A stretch of DNA of 12,500 bases. Origin: a virus. The position numbers were made by a program, and so were the translations under genes. Below, piece by piece: positions 1 to 6,006 of the stretch (its first letter is position 1; the number at the start of each line of letters is the position of its first letter). Below the pieces are notes generated by a model. That model was not told the DNA's origin and ran no database searches. It saw only the letters and a program-made list of their open reading frames with translations. The stretch lies in UHGV virus genome UHGV-1789045. One strand, given 5' to 3'.

Positions 1-208
1 TTGCTCGCTGATTCCACTCTGCTCTAACCTCTGAATAAAAAATCGCGCAGTCATTTCCAGGCGCTGCATATTTGCTACCAGATTGAGCGCGACACGTACC
101 GCATCGAACGAAAAAGAATCGACCGCCAGAGCCATATTCAGGGTGATCTGCTTCGCTGGCAACGTGCGCTGCGACGCCACAGAATGGACATGGTAGTAGG
201 TTGCTCAT
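1..208 (-). CDS. Lar-family restriction-alleviation-like protein (partial, runs off the left edge)
   Basis: Minus-strand ORF starting at ATG 208..206, which overlaps the stop of the upstream gene (205..207) in an ATGA arrangement. No stop codon before position 1. Translation reads [69 protein letters not shown]... The CPFCG ... CxxC ... WNxRA pattern is what I recall for Lar-type small zinc proteins of Rac-like prophages (memory, not searched). Confidence 0.5.
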   Translation of the reverse strand, partial: MSNLLPCPFCGVAAHVASEADHPEYGSGGRFFFVRCGTCRAQSGSKYAAPGNDCAIFYSEVRAEWNQRA

Positions 209-699
209 GAATGCACTCCCTCGTGAAGCTGTTCCGCACAATGCAGCAGGGCGTCAGTCGCCTCTTTCACCGTAACGCAGTCGCCATCGTCCATCCCGGA
301 CACCGACGCGTGCTTAACGAACGCCGCGCAAAGGTCATCAAACGCCTTAGCCCGGACTTCAGCCAGGAAAGCATCGGTGGCTGGTGTTTCAGTAACATCA
401 TCTTCCCATTCGCTAAACTCCTCACGACAAAAGTCATTAAATTCCTTCTCAGATTGCTTAAGCGAGGTATTTTCAGCAGCCATCTTCGCGCATTTAGCCT
501 CAAGGTTATCAATCGTGATTCCAGCAGAACTACACTCCCGCAACGCCGTTTCCAGTTTTGATTCAAGTTCACCGAACTTACGGACAAGATATTCAGCGTT
601 TGTTTCGTTAACCTTTAAATCTCGTGGGATGCATTTGCCTTTCAGAAAACCATCCATCTCAATTAGTGACATTTGTTTCATTTCTTCCCACTCCGCCAC
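205..699 (-). CDS. hypothetical acidic phage protein, 164 aa (possibly Ea22-like accessory protein)
   Basis: Long minus-strand ORF from the six-frame track, co-directional with neighbours, stop overlapping the start of the Lar-like gene. Highly acidic (E/D-rich) with helix-prone segments. Family assignment is a guess. Confidence 0.6.
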   Translation of the reverse strand: MAEWEEMKQMSLIEMDGFLKGKCIPRDLKVNETNAEYLVRKFGELESKLETALRECSSAGITIDNLEAKCAKMAAENTSLKQSEKEFNDFCREEFSEWEDDVTETPATDAFLAEVRAKAFDDLCAAFVKHASVSGMDDGDCVTVKEATDALLHCAEQLHEGVHS

Positions 700-838
700 A
701 TCGCATTCAGATATTTGTTTTGATTTACTGATGGAAAAGAATTTCTCTTAAGCAATTCCTCTCTCGATGGCATTGGCTTTACGCGTTGGCGAATAATCAT
801 TTCTGCCGGAAGAATGCCGGGATTGTATGCAAGTCCTC

Positions 839-1129
839 TCATGATTTACTCTCCACGAACTGGTCAACGGCCATGCTAAGTGACACACCTAAAGTCTCGA
901 TATGCTGCTGAATATCCTGTAGCGTCTGCGCCTGAGATAACAGGATTTCACGGTTGCATAATTCTTTAACCAGATGCTCAAACTTGCTGTAATAACCGAT
1001 ACGGCTTAGTGTTTCTTTCCCTGCATTCTCGCCTTCTTTGATAATTCCTCTTTCGCTAAGAATCAGATCGTGTTTGGTTCCGGTAATAACGTATTTGCCT
1101 AGGTCGATGTTTAGCTTCATTGTTTTCAT
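839..1129 (-). CDS. hypothetical protein, 96 aa
   Basis: Minus-strand ORF packed tightly in the leftward operon (10-bp gap to the upstream gene). No recognisable motif. Confidence 0.55.
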   Translation of the reverse strand: MKTMKLNIDLGKYVITGTKHDLILSERGIIKEGENAGKETLSRIGYYSKFEHLVKELCNREILLSQAQTLQDIQQHIETLGVSLSMAVDQFVESKS

Positions 1130-1139
1130 TGTTAATTAC

Positions 1140-1433
1140 TCAGTCATTACTGATAGCGCCATAGCGTGAGCGGTAATTACGCAGGCGCTGGTCAATTTCA
1201 GGGAAGTGGGTATATGTGGCTTTGCGGAATGGTCGGATTGATGTCTGGTAAATTCGCTCGCGTTCTTCTTTCTCTGCAAGCCATATACAGTGGCGAAATT
1301 CCTTTTCCTCTTTCGTTTCCTGCGGTAGCGACATTATCAGGTCGTAGTTTTTTCTGAATTTATCCAGCACCTCCGATACGGAATTGCCGGAACAGCGGCG
1401 CGCGTCATCCGCACCATACAGAGGCGCTGGCAT
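1140..1433 (-). CDS. hypothetical protein, 97 aa
   Basis: Minus-strand ORF, 13-bp gap to the HNH gene upstream. Basic C-terminal half, no recognisable motif. Confidence 0.55.
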   Translation of the reverse strand: MPAPLYGADDARRCSGNSVSEVLDKFRKNYDLIMSLPQETKEEKEFRHCIWLAEKEERERIYQTSIRPFRKATYTHFPEIDQRLRNYRSRYGAISND

Positions 1434-1446
1434 GATTTTCTCCTGA

Positions 1447-1926
1447 TTAAATTGCGTGAATAGCGTGACGAGGGAAGGGGAGAGTTACTGGTTCCTCGTC
1501 TGGGTAGATAGGTTTGTTATGTTTGTGCCACTCGACATGACATGACTTGCAGAGCCACATCACATCGGTTGGTTTGCTGTAGTCGCAGTGGTGCGCCTGT
1601 GGTTTACATTCTGATCCGCAGCACTCACATTGTGGTGGTCGGATTAGCTTACCGTCGCGCAAAAAATTACCCACAATGATGTGGGCTTTTCTTTTCCATG
1701 GGTTGCTCTGAATGAACCGCTTTTTGGCTGCGTTACACCGTTCTCTTCCGCGTTCCGATGATTGATATTCTCTCCTTGCTGATACTCGATGTGGCAATCC
1801 AGCGCGTTCTTTGTCGTATTCAGCCAGGCAAGCCCGGCAAGCGGCAGTTAATCCATCTCTGGATGCTCTTCTGATTTGAAAGTCCCTTTCTTCCTTCTGT
1901 TGATGGCATCTTGAGCAGATTTTCAT
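1447..1926 (-). CDS. HNH-family endonuclease with N-terminal Cys-rich zinc-binding region
   Basis: 159-aa ORF. N-terminal CSRCHQQK...CRAC pairs, then CECCGSECKPQAHHCDYSKPTDVMWLCKSCHVEWH, which fits the HNH nuclease signature (His-His ... Asn/Trp ... Cys-x2-Cys-His ... His). Confidence 0.65.
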   Translation of the reverse strand: MKICSRCHQQKEERDFQIRRASRDGLTAACRACLAEYDKERAGLPHRVSARREYQSSERGRERCNAAKKRFIQSNPWKRKAHIIVGNFLRDGKLIRPPQCECCGSECKPQAHHCDYSKPTDVMWLCKSCHVEWHKHNKPIYPDEEPVTLPFPRHAIHAI

Positions 1927-1935
1927 ATTCAGCTC

Positions 1936-2409
1936 CTAGAACGGAATATCCGAATCGTCAAAATCCATAGGTGGTTCGCTGTGATTCCCCTGCTGCTGAG
2001 ATTGCTGTCTTTGTTGCTGACCGTTATTTCGCTGAGGTGAAGACTGTTCATTGCCTCCTTGCTTGCCACCAAGCATTTGCATGGTTCCACCAACGCCCAC
2101 GATGACTTCGGTAGTGAACCTATCCTGTCCGCTTTGATCCTGCCATTTTCTTGTCCGTAATTTGCCTTCAAGATAAACCTCAGAGCCTTTTCGCAGATAT
2201 TCGCTGGCAATTTCTGCCAGTTTCCCGCTCATTACCACACGGTGCCACTCCGTCTGCTCCTTTTGCTCTCCAGTTTGCTTATCACGCCATTGTTCTGACG
2301 TAGCAACTGTAAGGTTTGCAAATGCCGTTCCTGATGGTGAATATCTGATTTCTGGATCATGCCCAAGGCGACCAATAATGATCACCTTATTTACGCCTCT
2401 ACTTCCCAT
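1936..2409 (-). CDS. ssb: single-stranded DNA-binding protein (SSB)
   Basis: 157-aa ORF. N-terminus [23 protein letters not shown]... and [52 protein letters not shown] closely track E. coli SSB. Gly/Gln-rich linker and acidic tail ending [12 protein letters not shown]. Confidence 0.95.
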   Translation of the reverse strand: MGSRGVNKVIIIGRLGHDPEIRYSPSGTAFANLTVATSEQWRDKQTGEQKEQTEWHRVVMSGKLAEIASEYLRKGSEVYLEGKLRTRKWQDQSGQDRFTTEVIVGVGGTMQMLGGKQGGNEQSSPQRNNGQQQRQQSQQQGNHSEPPMDFDDSDIPF

Positions 2410-3117
2410 TTATGCCGCCTGTTTTAGTTCGTTAACTCTGATGTTCATTACCTGAACGCATTTAGCCTGCGCCTCCTCGTTGCCAGCCATTAATTGCCAG
2501 TCACGCTGATAACGCTCGATGAGTTTTTTCTTGTCAGTTTCTGTTGACGCATAATCGCTGAAGTCTTTCAGGATTTGTTCGCAGTCAACCGATGGAGATT
2601 TCTGGTTGGTATTTTCTGGTGATGGTTTGTTATCTGATGCTGGGATTGCCCATCCCGGAAGCGATGGAGGGAGCCAGTAAAATCCTGTTCCATCTTTCAG
2701 TTTTGCCCTGTGCCATCCCTGCTTTTTATCGAGAGATGTTTGTGCGAAACCTTCCTCAAGGTTATACAGATACCGACCGATTCCCCATTGAACGGCAGCA
2801 CGCTTCATTGCACCGGAACGACCACCTTTGACGGCTTCTACCTGCGTGTTTTCAGCAGCATCCCATTTGGTTACCCATTCGGAATCAATCTTGATTGATA
2901 TGCCGCATTCAACTCCGCCGTTGTTGGGAATATCGCGGTATTCATTGCGCCATCCTGCTTTGCCGCAAACATCGTCCAGGCGTTTCATGATTGCCCGGTT
3001 CGTGACATAAGCCAGCACCATAGCCCACACTTTGCCATCGCGTGTTTTACCGCTTTGCTGTATTCGCCATTCGATATCTTCAGGGCTGAATGGCTCATCG
3101 AATTTGTTCAAATCCAT
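2410..3117 (-). CDS. single-strand annealing recombinase, Rad52-family core with Erf-like C-terminal tail
   Basis: 235-aa ORF immediately upstream of ssb. The segment GKVWAMVLAYVTNRAIMKRLDDVCGKAGWRNEY fits the Rad52/Sak-type SSAP motif. The C-terminal tail ...YASTETDKKKLIERYQRDWQLMAGNEEAQAKCVQVMNIRVNELKQAA resembles my recollection of the P22 Erf C-terminus (memory only). Confidence 0.7.
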   Translation of the reverse strand: MDLNKFDEPFSPEDIEWRIQQSGKTRDGKVWAMVLAYVTNRAIMKRLDDVCGKAGWRNEYRDIPNNGGVECGISIKIDSEWVTKWDAAENTQVEAVKGGRSGAMKRAAVQWGIGRYLYNLEEGFAQTSLDKKQGWHRAKLKDGTGFYWLPPSLPGWAIPASDNKPSPENTNQKSPSVDCEQILKDFSDYASTETDKKKLIERYQRDWQLMAGNEEAQAKCVQVMNIRVNELKQAA

Positions 3118-3125
3118 AATTCACC

Positions 3126-3296
3126 TCAGAATGGACACGGCCCAAGGAAATAACGCTGATTTAATACTTCGACTCGGGACAAATTAAGGCATACCCGCAT
3201 TCCTTCGCGGTCACCATTATGGCGATACCAGAGAGCTTTCTGCGTGTACATGCGTCTCTGTAACTTGCTCTCCTTCACTGTGGTTGCAAGTGACAT
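3126..3296 (-). CDS. small hypothetical protein, 56 aa
   Basis: ATG at 3296..3294 preceded by a strong RBS (AAGGAG, 6-nt spacer). Translation MSLATTVKESKLQRRMYTQKALWYRHNGDREGMRVCLNLSRVEVLNQRYFLGPCPF. Overlaps the next ORF (3220..3375) in another frame, so only one of the two may be real. Confidence 0.3.
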   Translation of the reverse strand: MSLATTVKESKLQRRMYTQKALWYRHNGDREGMRVCLNLSRVEVLNQRYFLGPCPF

Positions 3297-3375
3297 GAAT
3301 ATCTCCTTCGTTACCGATTAAATCTTTCATCTGACGAATGAATTCTTCGTCTGACCAGTTATCTGTAAAACTCAT
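3220..3375 (-). CDS. small hypothetical acidic protein, 51 aa
   Basis: ATG 3375..3373 overlaps the stop of the Kil-like ORF in an ATGA arrangement, suggesting translational coupling. Translation MSFTDNWSDEEFIRQMKDLIGNEGDIHVTCNHSEGEQVTETHVHAESSLVSP. Weak RBS; overlaps ORF 3126..3296. Confidence 0.3.
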
Positions 3376-3494
3376 TTCCTGCGATACCACGGAAGGTTGA
3401 TGGCTGATTTCATCGCTTTATTTGCTTCAAGCCACATTTTTGAATCACCAATAAATCTGGCTATTACTGCTTTGTTTTGTGCTGCACGAAGCAT
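3372..3494 (-). CDS. Kil-like small protein, 40 aa (host-killing / FtsZ-inhibitor candidate)
   Basis: ATG 3494..3492. Translation MLRAAQNKAVIARFIGDSKMWLEANKAMKSAINLPWYRRK. Sits between cIII and the recombination genes, where lambda has kil. The FIGDxKM segment resembles what I recall of lambda Kil (memory only). No clear Shine-Dalgarno. Confidence 0.35.
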   Translation of the reverse strand: MLRAAQNKAVIARFIGDSKMWLEANKAMKSAINLPWYRRK

Positions 3495-3508
3495 CTGGTG
3501 ATTGATGG

Positions 3509-3643
3509 CTATTTCATTGCGCATAACGCCTCCAGTTGTTTCTTTGCTGCTCTGATTAATTGTTTAACTCGGCGTGATAATTCAGATTCGTGCGGGTAGA
3601 AAGCGGACATGACGCCGCTACCCGCGAACTGAAAGTGCATCAT
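3509..3643 (-). CDS. cIII: cIII-like protease-inhibitor peptide, 44 aa
   Basis: The track ORF 3509..3748 runs through a terminator hairpin. The internal start at 3643 has GGAG 6 nt upstream. Product MMHFQFAGSGVMSAFYPHESELSRRVKQLIRAAKKQLEALCAMK has a central amphipathic helix like lambda CIII (PSESLLERITRKLR...). Position after N and tL1 matches lambda. Confidence 0.55.
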   Translation of the reverse strand: MMHFQFAGSGVMSAFYPHESELSRRVKQLIRAAKKQLEALCAMK

Positions 3644-3708
3644 GGGTAACTCCTTCTGTTTGATTGCATAACGAAAACGCCTCAATTGAAGCGTTATTGG
3701 TATGCATA

Positions 3709-3733
3709 TAAAAAAGCCCTCACATTGGAGGGC
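3709..3733 (-). terminator. intrinsic terminator of the leftward operon (tL1-like)
   Basis: Plus strand aaaaaa-GCCCTC-acattg-GAGGGC (stem 3716-3721 / 3728-3733). On the minus strand this is a 6-bp GC-rich hairpin followed by a U-run. Lies between the 83-aa gene and the cIII-like gene. Confidence 0.5.
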
Positions 3734-3869
3734 AAAGAAGATTTCCAATAATCAGAACAAGTCGGCTCCTGTTTAGTTACGAGCGACATTGCTCCGTGTA
3801 TTCACTCGTTGGAATGAATACACAGTGCAGTGTTTATTCTTTTTTTTATGCCAAAAATAAAGGCCACTA

Positions 3870-4121
3870 TCAGGCAGCTTTGTTGTAAATGTTGCAGGTA
3901 TCAAGTAAGTAATTAGATGGAGCGCCATAAATTATGAATTCATCGTTTGTCGGGTCCATCTCCATCTCTTGGCCTATTGCCATTCTTGCGTCAGTGTCAT
4001 CAGAGGCGAAGCATAAAACAGCCCACGCACCCATTGTTTTAAACAGAACTGCAATTGGCTGTGGTTTTACTGAATTTGCGTTAGCGCGAAAATCACAAAT
4101 CGCACTTTCATGAAACTCCAT
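3870..4121 (-). CDS. hypothetical protein, 83 aa, immediately downstream of N
   Basis: Minus-strand ORF with RBS GAGGTGAG upstream of ATG 4121; starts 8 nt after the N stop. Product MEFHESAICDFRANANSVKPQPIAVLFKTMGAWAVLCF...NIYNKAA. Occupies the slot lambda uses for ral/sieB. Confidence 0.6.
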   Translation of the reverse strand: MEFHESAICDFRANANSVKPQPIAVLFKTMGAWAVLCFASDDTDARMAIGQEMEMDPTNDEFIIYGAPSNYLLDTCNIYNKAA

Positions 4122-4129
4122 ATCTCACC

Positions 4130-4429
4130 TCAAATAAGTGGTTTGCTGCCTAATTTCATTTTCTGGCGACCAACACAAGTCACACCCATTTCACTGCGTG
4201 GCTTGCGGTAGTAAATACGGTTCTGTTTACGCTCGACTTCTTCTGCCTTCTTGCAGCGAAGGCTTCCGAGTGATGCTGCTTTATCTGCTCTGACGCAACC
4301 AGAGAGCTTTAGCGCAATTTTTCGCGCCAGTCGCTGCTCTTGCATTGCCTGTTCACGTTGAGCCTGTCTGCGTGCTCTGCGGCGATTTCTGGCGTTATCG
4401 TCAGCCAGATATGTAATGACTACTGTCAT
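4130..4429 (-). CDS. N: N-type transcription antitermination protein
   Basis: 99-aa ORF with GGAGG RBS. N-terminal arginine-rich motif DNARNRRRARRQAQREQ, as in lambda N and P22 gp24, the boxB RNA-binding peptide. Located downstream of pL and nutL. Confidence 0.8.
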   Translation of the reverse strand: MTVVITYLADDNARNRRRARRQAQREQAMQEQRLARKIALKLSGCVRADKAASLGSLRCKKAEEVERKQNRIYYRKPRSEMGVTCVGRQKMKLGSKPLI

Positions 4430-4535
4430 GTTGACCTCCGATGATTGACTTTGGCGGTGACGCGCCGGGTGCTTATCTTCCGATTGCCGTCGTGCAGCTG
4501 CACTTCACGTCACCCCAAAGCCAACTACTCTTTGG

Positions 4536-4579
4536 TTCCCGCATTTCGGCGGGACAATCCCATCAATGTTAAAGAGCCT
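4536..4579 (-). promoter_or_regulatory. nutL (boxA + boxB) N-utilisation site
   Basis: On the minus strand, boxA GGCTCTTTAACA (plus coordinates 4568-4579), then boxB hairpin CCCGCCGAAATGCGGG (4538-4553). The boxB 16-mer is identical to the one in nutR at 6235-6250. Confidence 0.75.
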
Positions 4580-4623
4580 GCCAATCTTTTCCGTTTGGCT
4601 TCCAGCTTCCTGCTGATGGCTAA

Positions 4624-4652
4624 AGAATACTGTAGGTATTTTATTGTGTAAA
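4624..4652 (-). promoter_or_regulatory. pL early-left promoter (candidate)
   Basis: Minus-strand -35 TTTACA (4652-4647), 17-bp spacer, -10 TATTCT (4629-4624). Both hexamers overlap operators OL1/OL2. Same -10 hexamer as the candidate pR. Confidence 0.5.
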
Positions 4653-4710
4653 TACCCAAGGTATTTATTTTTGGTGAAATAATGATAAGCAAATGAATAC
4701 AAAGGATATT
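4626..4710. promoter_or_regulatory. OL operator set: three 15-bp AATAC-N5-GTATT repressor-binding sites
   Basis: AATACtgtagGTATT (4626-4640), AATACccaagGTATT (4651-4665), and the degenerate AATACaaaggATATT (4696-4710). Same dyad as the OR sites at 5936-5975. Confidence 0.6.
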
Positions 4711-4796
4711 TATTTTTTCGGTGTCTGCTTGTTCAGTGCTTTTTATGCGGGATATGTGAAGTGGATCCCGATAGCTATTGCTGCCGGGATTATAGG

Positions 4797-5165
4797 TTAG
4801 TCAGCGAAGGTTAAGACGAGAATTACCTTAATGATGTCTGCTACAACAGACACGGCCATAGATAAACCAAAGACGATCCAAGCCACAGTGATGTCTTCAC
4901 TACCATCGTATAGAGTTCCGTAATCACTGGTGTAAGGCGTAAATGTCGCGCCTTGATACAATAGGTATAAGCTTGATCCATAGAGGATAAATGCAGATAT
5001 CCCTTGTATTGCTATGATCACCAGAATCATGAAACGAGCTGATCTATGCGCCCAAGCCTGGCTTATTTTTTCTGATAGAGATTTCGCAATAAAAGCATGC
5101 GCTAAGCCGTAAATTGTCGAGATTGCCAACATCCCAAAAAAGCTTGCTATAGCGGTTCCAACCAT
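4797..5165 (-). CDS. small polytopic membrane protein (3 predicted TM helices), co-transcribed with cI; candidate superinfection-exclusion / abortive-infection protein
   Basis: 122-aa ORF starting 18 nt after the cI stop on the same strand. Three hydrophobic stretches (approx. residues 4-26, 46-70, 95-119). Sits where lambda has rexAB. Confidence 0.7.
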   Translation of the reverse strand: MVGTAIASFFGMLAISTIYGLAHAFIAKSLSEKISQAWAHRSARFMILVIIAIQGISAFILYGSSLYLLYQGATFTPYTSDYGTLYDGSEDITVAWIVFGLSMAVSVVADIIKVILVLTFAD

Positions 5166-5183
5166 AAGCGCCCCCTTGCGTGA

Positions 5184-5900
5184 TCAAACCAGTCTGAGTT
5201 TTGTCTCAATTGCAACGCCTATAATCTTGCAGTTTCCATTGATTGGCACGAGAGGCCATGCAGGATTAAGTCCCTTGAGGTATTTATTTCCGCCGTCGAT
5301 TATCAGCTTCTTGAATGTTGCTTCGTTAGAGTCAGAAAGTTTTGCTATGACCAAGCTGCCGTTGATCGCCTCCCTTCCGGTATCGAAAAGAACGAATGTT
5401 CCCTCTGGAATGCTTAACCCAACCGGTGCCGTCATTGAATCACCTTCCACTTTAAGCCAGAACGCATTACCTTGAATATGCGCGTCAGACTCAAGCCAAA
5501 CATCTATGTCTTTAATGGTGTATGGTTCGCATGCTTCACACCACGAGCCAGCCTGGATACTGCTTAACACCGGATACCTCTTTCCTGCTCTGTATTCCCC
5601 TGCATACCTTACGTTGGCATCGCTCTTAAGGCTTTCTGCCTGTTCTGCAACCTTGGCAGCAATTGACTGGCTAAAATCAGCAATTGAGACTTGCAACAAT
5701 CGTGCAAAACCAGATGCGACCTCAACGTTTAGCGCGTTTCTGCCATTAAGATAATGCCCTACCGCTCCTTGGGTGATACCCAGTTCATCAGCGATTGAGT
5801 ATTGGGTTATTCCCAATTCTTTCTTTTTTGACTCATACAAAGCCTTAAGCCGCTTAGCGTCTTCGAGCTGTTCTGTCGTCAGTGATTTTTTATTTTCCAT
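5184..5900 (-). CDS. cI: CI-type prophage repressor (lambda-cI-like HTH N-domain + LexA/S24 autocleavage C-domain)
   Basis: 238 aa. N-terminus KKSLTTEQLEDAKRLKALYESKKKELGITQYSIADELGITQGAVGHYLNGRNALN closely parallels lambda CI. C-domain FWLKVEGDSMTAPVGLSIPEGTFVLFD...ATFKKLIIDGGNKYLKGLNPAWP...NGNCKIIGVAIETKL matches the P22 C2 / lambda CI S24 peptidase fold, with Ser in GDSM and Lys in FKKL. Confidence 0.95.
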   Translation of the reverse strand: MENKKSLTTEQLEDAKRLKALYESKKKELGITQYSIADELGITQGAVGHYLNGRNALNVEVASGFARLLQVSIADFSQSIAAKVAEQAESLKSDANVRYAGEYRAGKRYPVLSSIQAGSWCEACEPYTIKDIDVWLESDAHIQGNAFWLKVEGDSMTAPVGLSIPEGTFVLFDTGREAINGSLVIAKLSDSNEATFKKLIIDGGNKYLKGLNPAWPLVPINGNCKIIGVAIETKLRLV

Positions 5901-5936
5901 AGCTTAATTCTAATAGCTAAGGTACTTAAACTAAAA
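5901..5936 (-). promoter_or_regulatory. pRM-like maintenance promoter for cI (candidate, near-leaderless)
   Basis: Minus-strand -10 TAGAAT (plus 5912-5907) about 6 nt upstream of the cI ATG at 5900; weak -35. Overlaps OR3 and abuts OR2, the same architecture as lambda pRM. Confidence 0.35.
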
Positions 5937-5975
5937 ATACCCTGAGTATTGATTGCCTTGAATACCTGTAGTATT
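5912..5975. promoter_or_regulatory. OR operator set: OR3 (degenerate), OR2, OR1
   Basis: AATAGctaagGTACT (5912-5926, degenerate), AATACcctgaGTATT (5936-5950), AATACctgtaGTATT (5961-5975). Centres spaced 24-25 bp. Confidence 0.65.
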
Positions 5976-5977
5976 CT
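5949..5977 (+). promoter_or_regulatory. pR early-right promoter (candidate)
   Basis: -35 TTGATT (5949-5954), 17-bp spacer, -10 TATTCT (5972-5977) overlapping OR1. The cro RBS GGAGA lies about 20 nt downstream. Confidence 0.5.
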
Positions 5978-6006
5978 TTGTTCATGGTTAATAACGGAGA
6001 GTGCAT

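Noticed and set aside
211-751. Three overlapping ORFs (211..561 +, 267..587 -, 377..751 +) inside or antisense to the 164-aa gene
   Set aside because: They are antisense or alternative frames of a longer co-directional ORF that fits the operon. No RBS or coupling signals; unusual Ser/Arg-rich composition typical of spurious frames.
1166-1357. Plus-strand 63-aa ORF inside the 97-aa minus-strand gene
   Set aside because: Antisense to the operon, no RBS, fully contained in a better-supported gene.
1929-2210. Minus-strand 93-aa ORF overlapping ssb in another frame
   Set aside because: SSB is unambiguous over this span; the alternative frame is a by-product.
2592-3010. Plus-strand ORFs (2592..2831, 2710..2898, 2828..3010) antisense to the recombinase gene
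   Set aside because: Antisense frames within a well-supported recombinase gene; no start signals.
3644-3748. N-terminal extension of the cIII-like ORF as drawn in the six-frame track (3509..3748)
   Set aside because: The extension runs through the tL1-like terminator hairpin and lacks an RBS. The internal ATG at 3643 has GGAG at the right spacing and yields a cIII-sized product.
3838-3847. Plus-strand T8 run considered as the U-tract of a plus-strand terminator
   Set aside because: It lies about 15 nt from the nearest hairpin and nothing is transcribed rightward here; more likely AT-rich spacer.
4445-4702. ORFs 4445..4651 (+) and 4505..4702 (-) in the N-cI intergenic region
   Set aside because: The region is filled with nutL, pL and the OL operators. 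The ORFs have no RBS and span the regulatory elements.
5176-5754. Plus-strand ORFs 5176..5475 and 5506..5754, antisense to cI
   Set aside because: cI is unambiguous; these are antisense reading frames.
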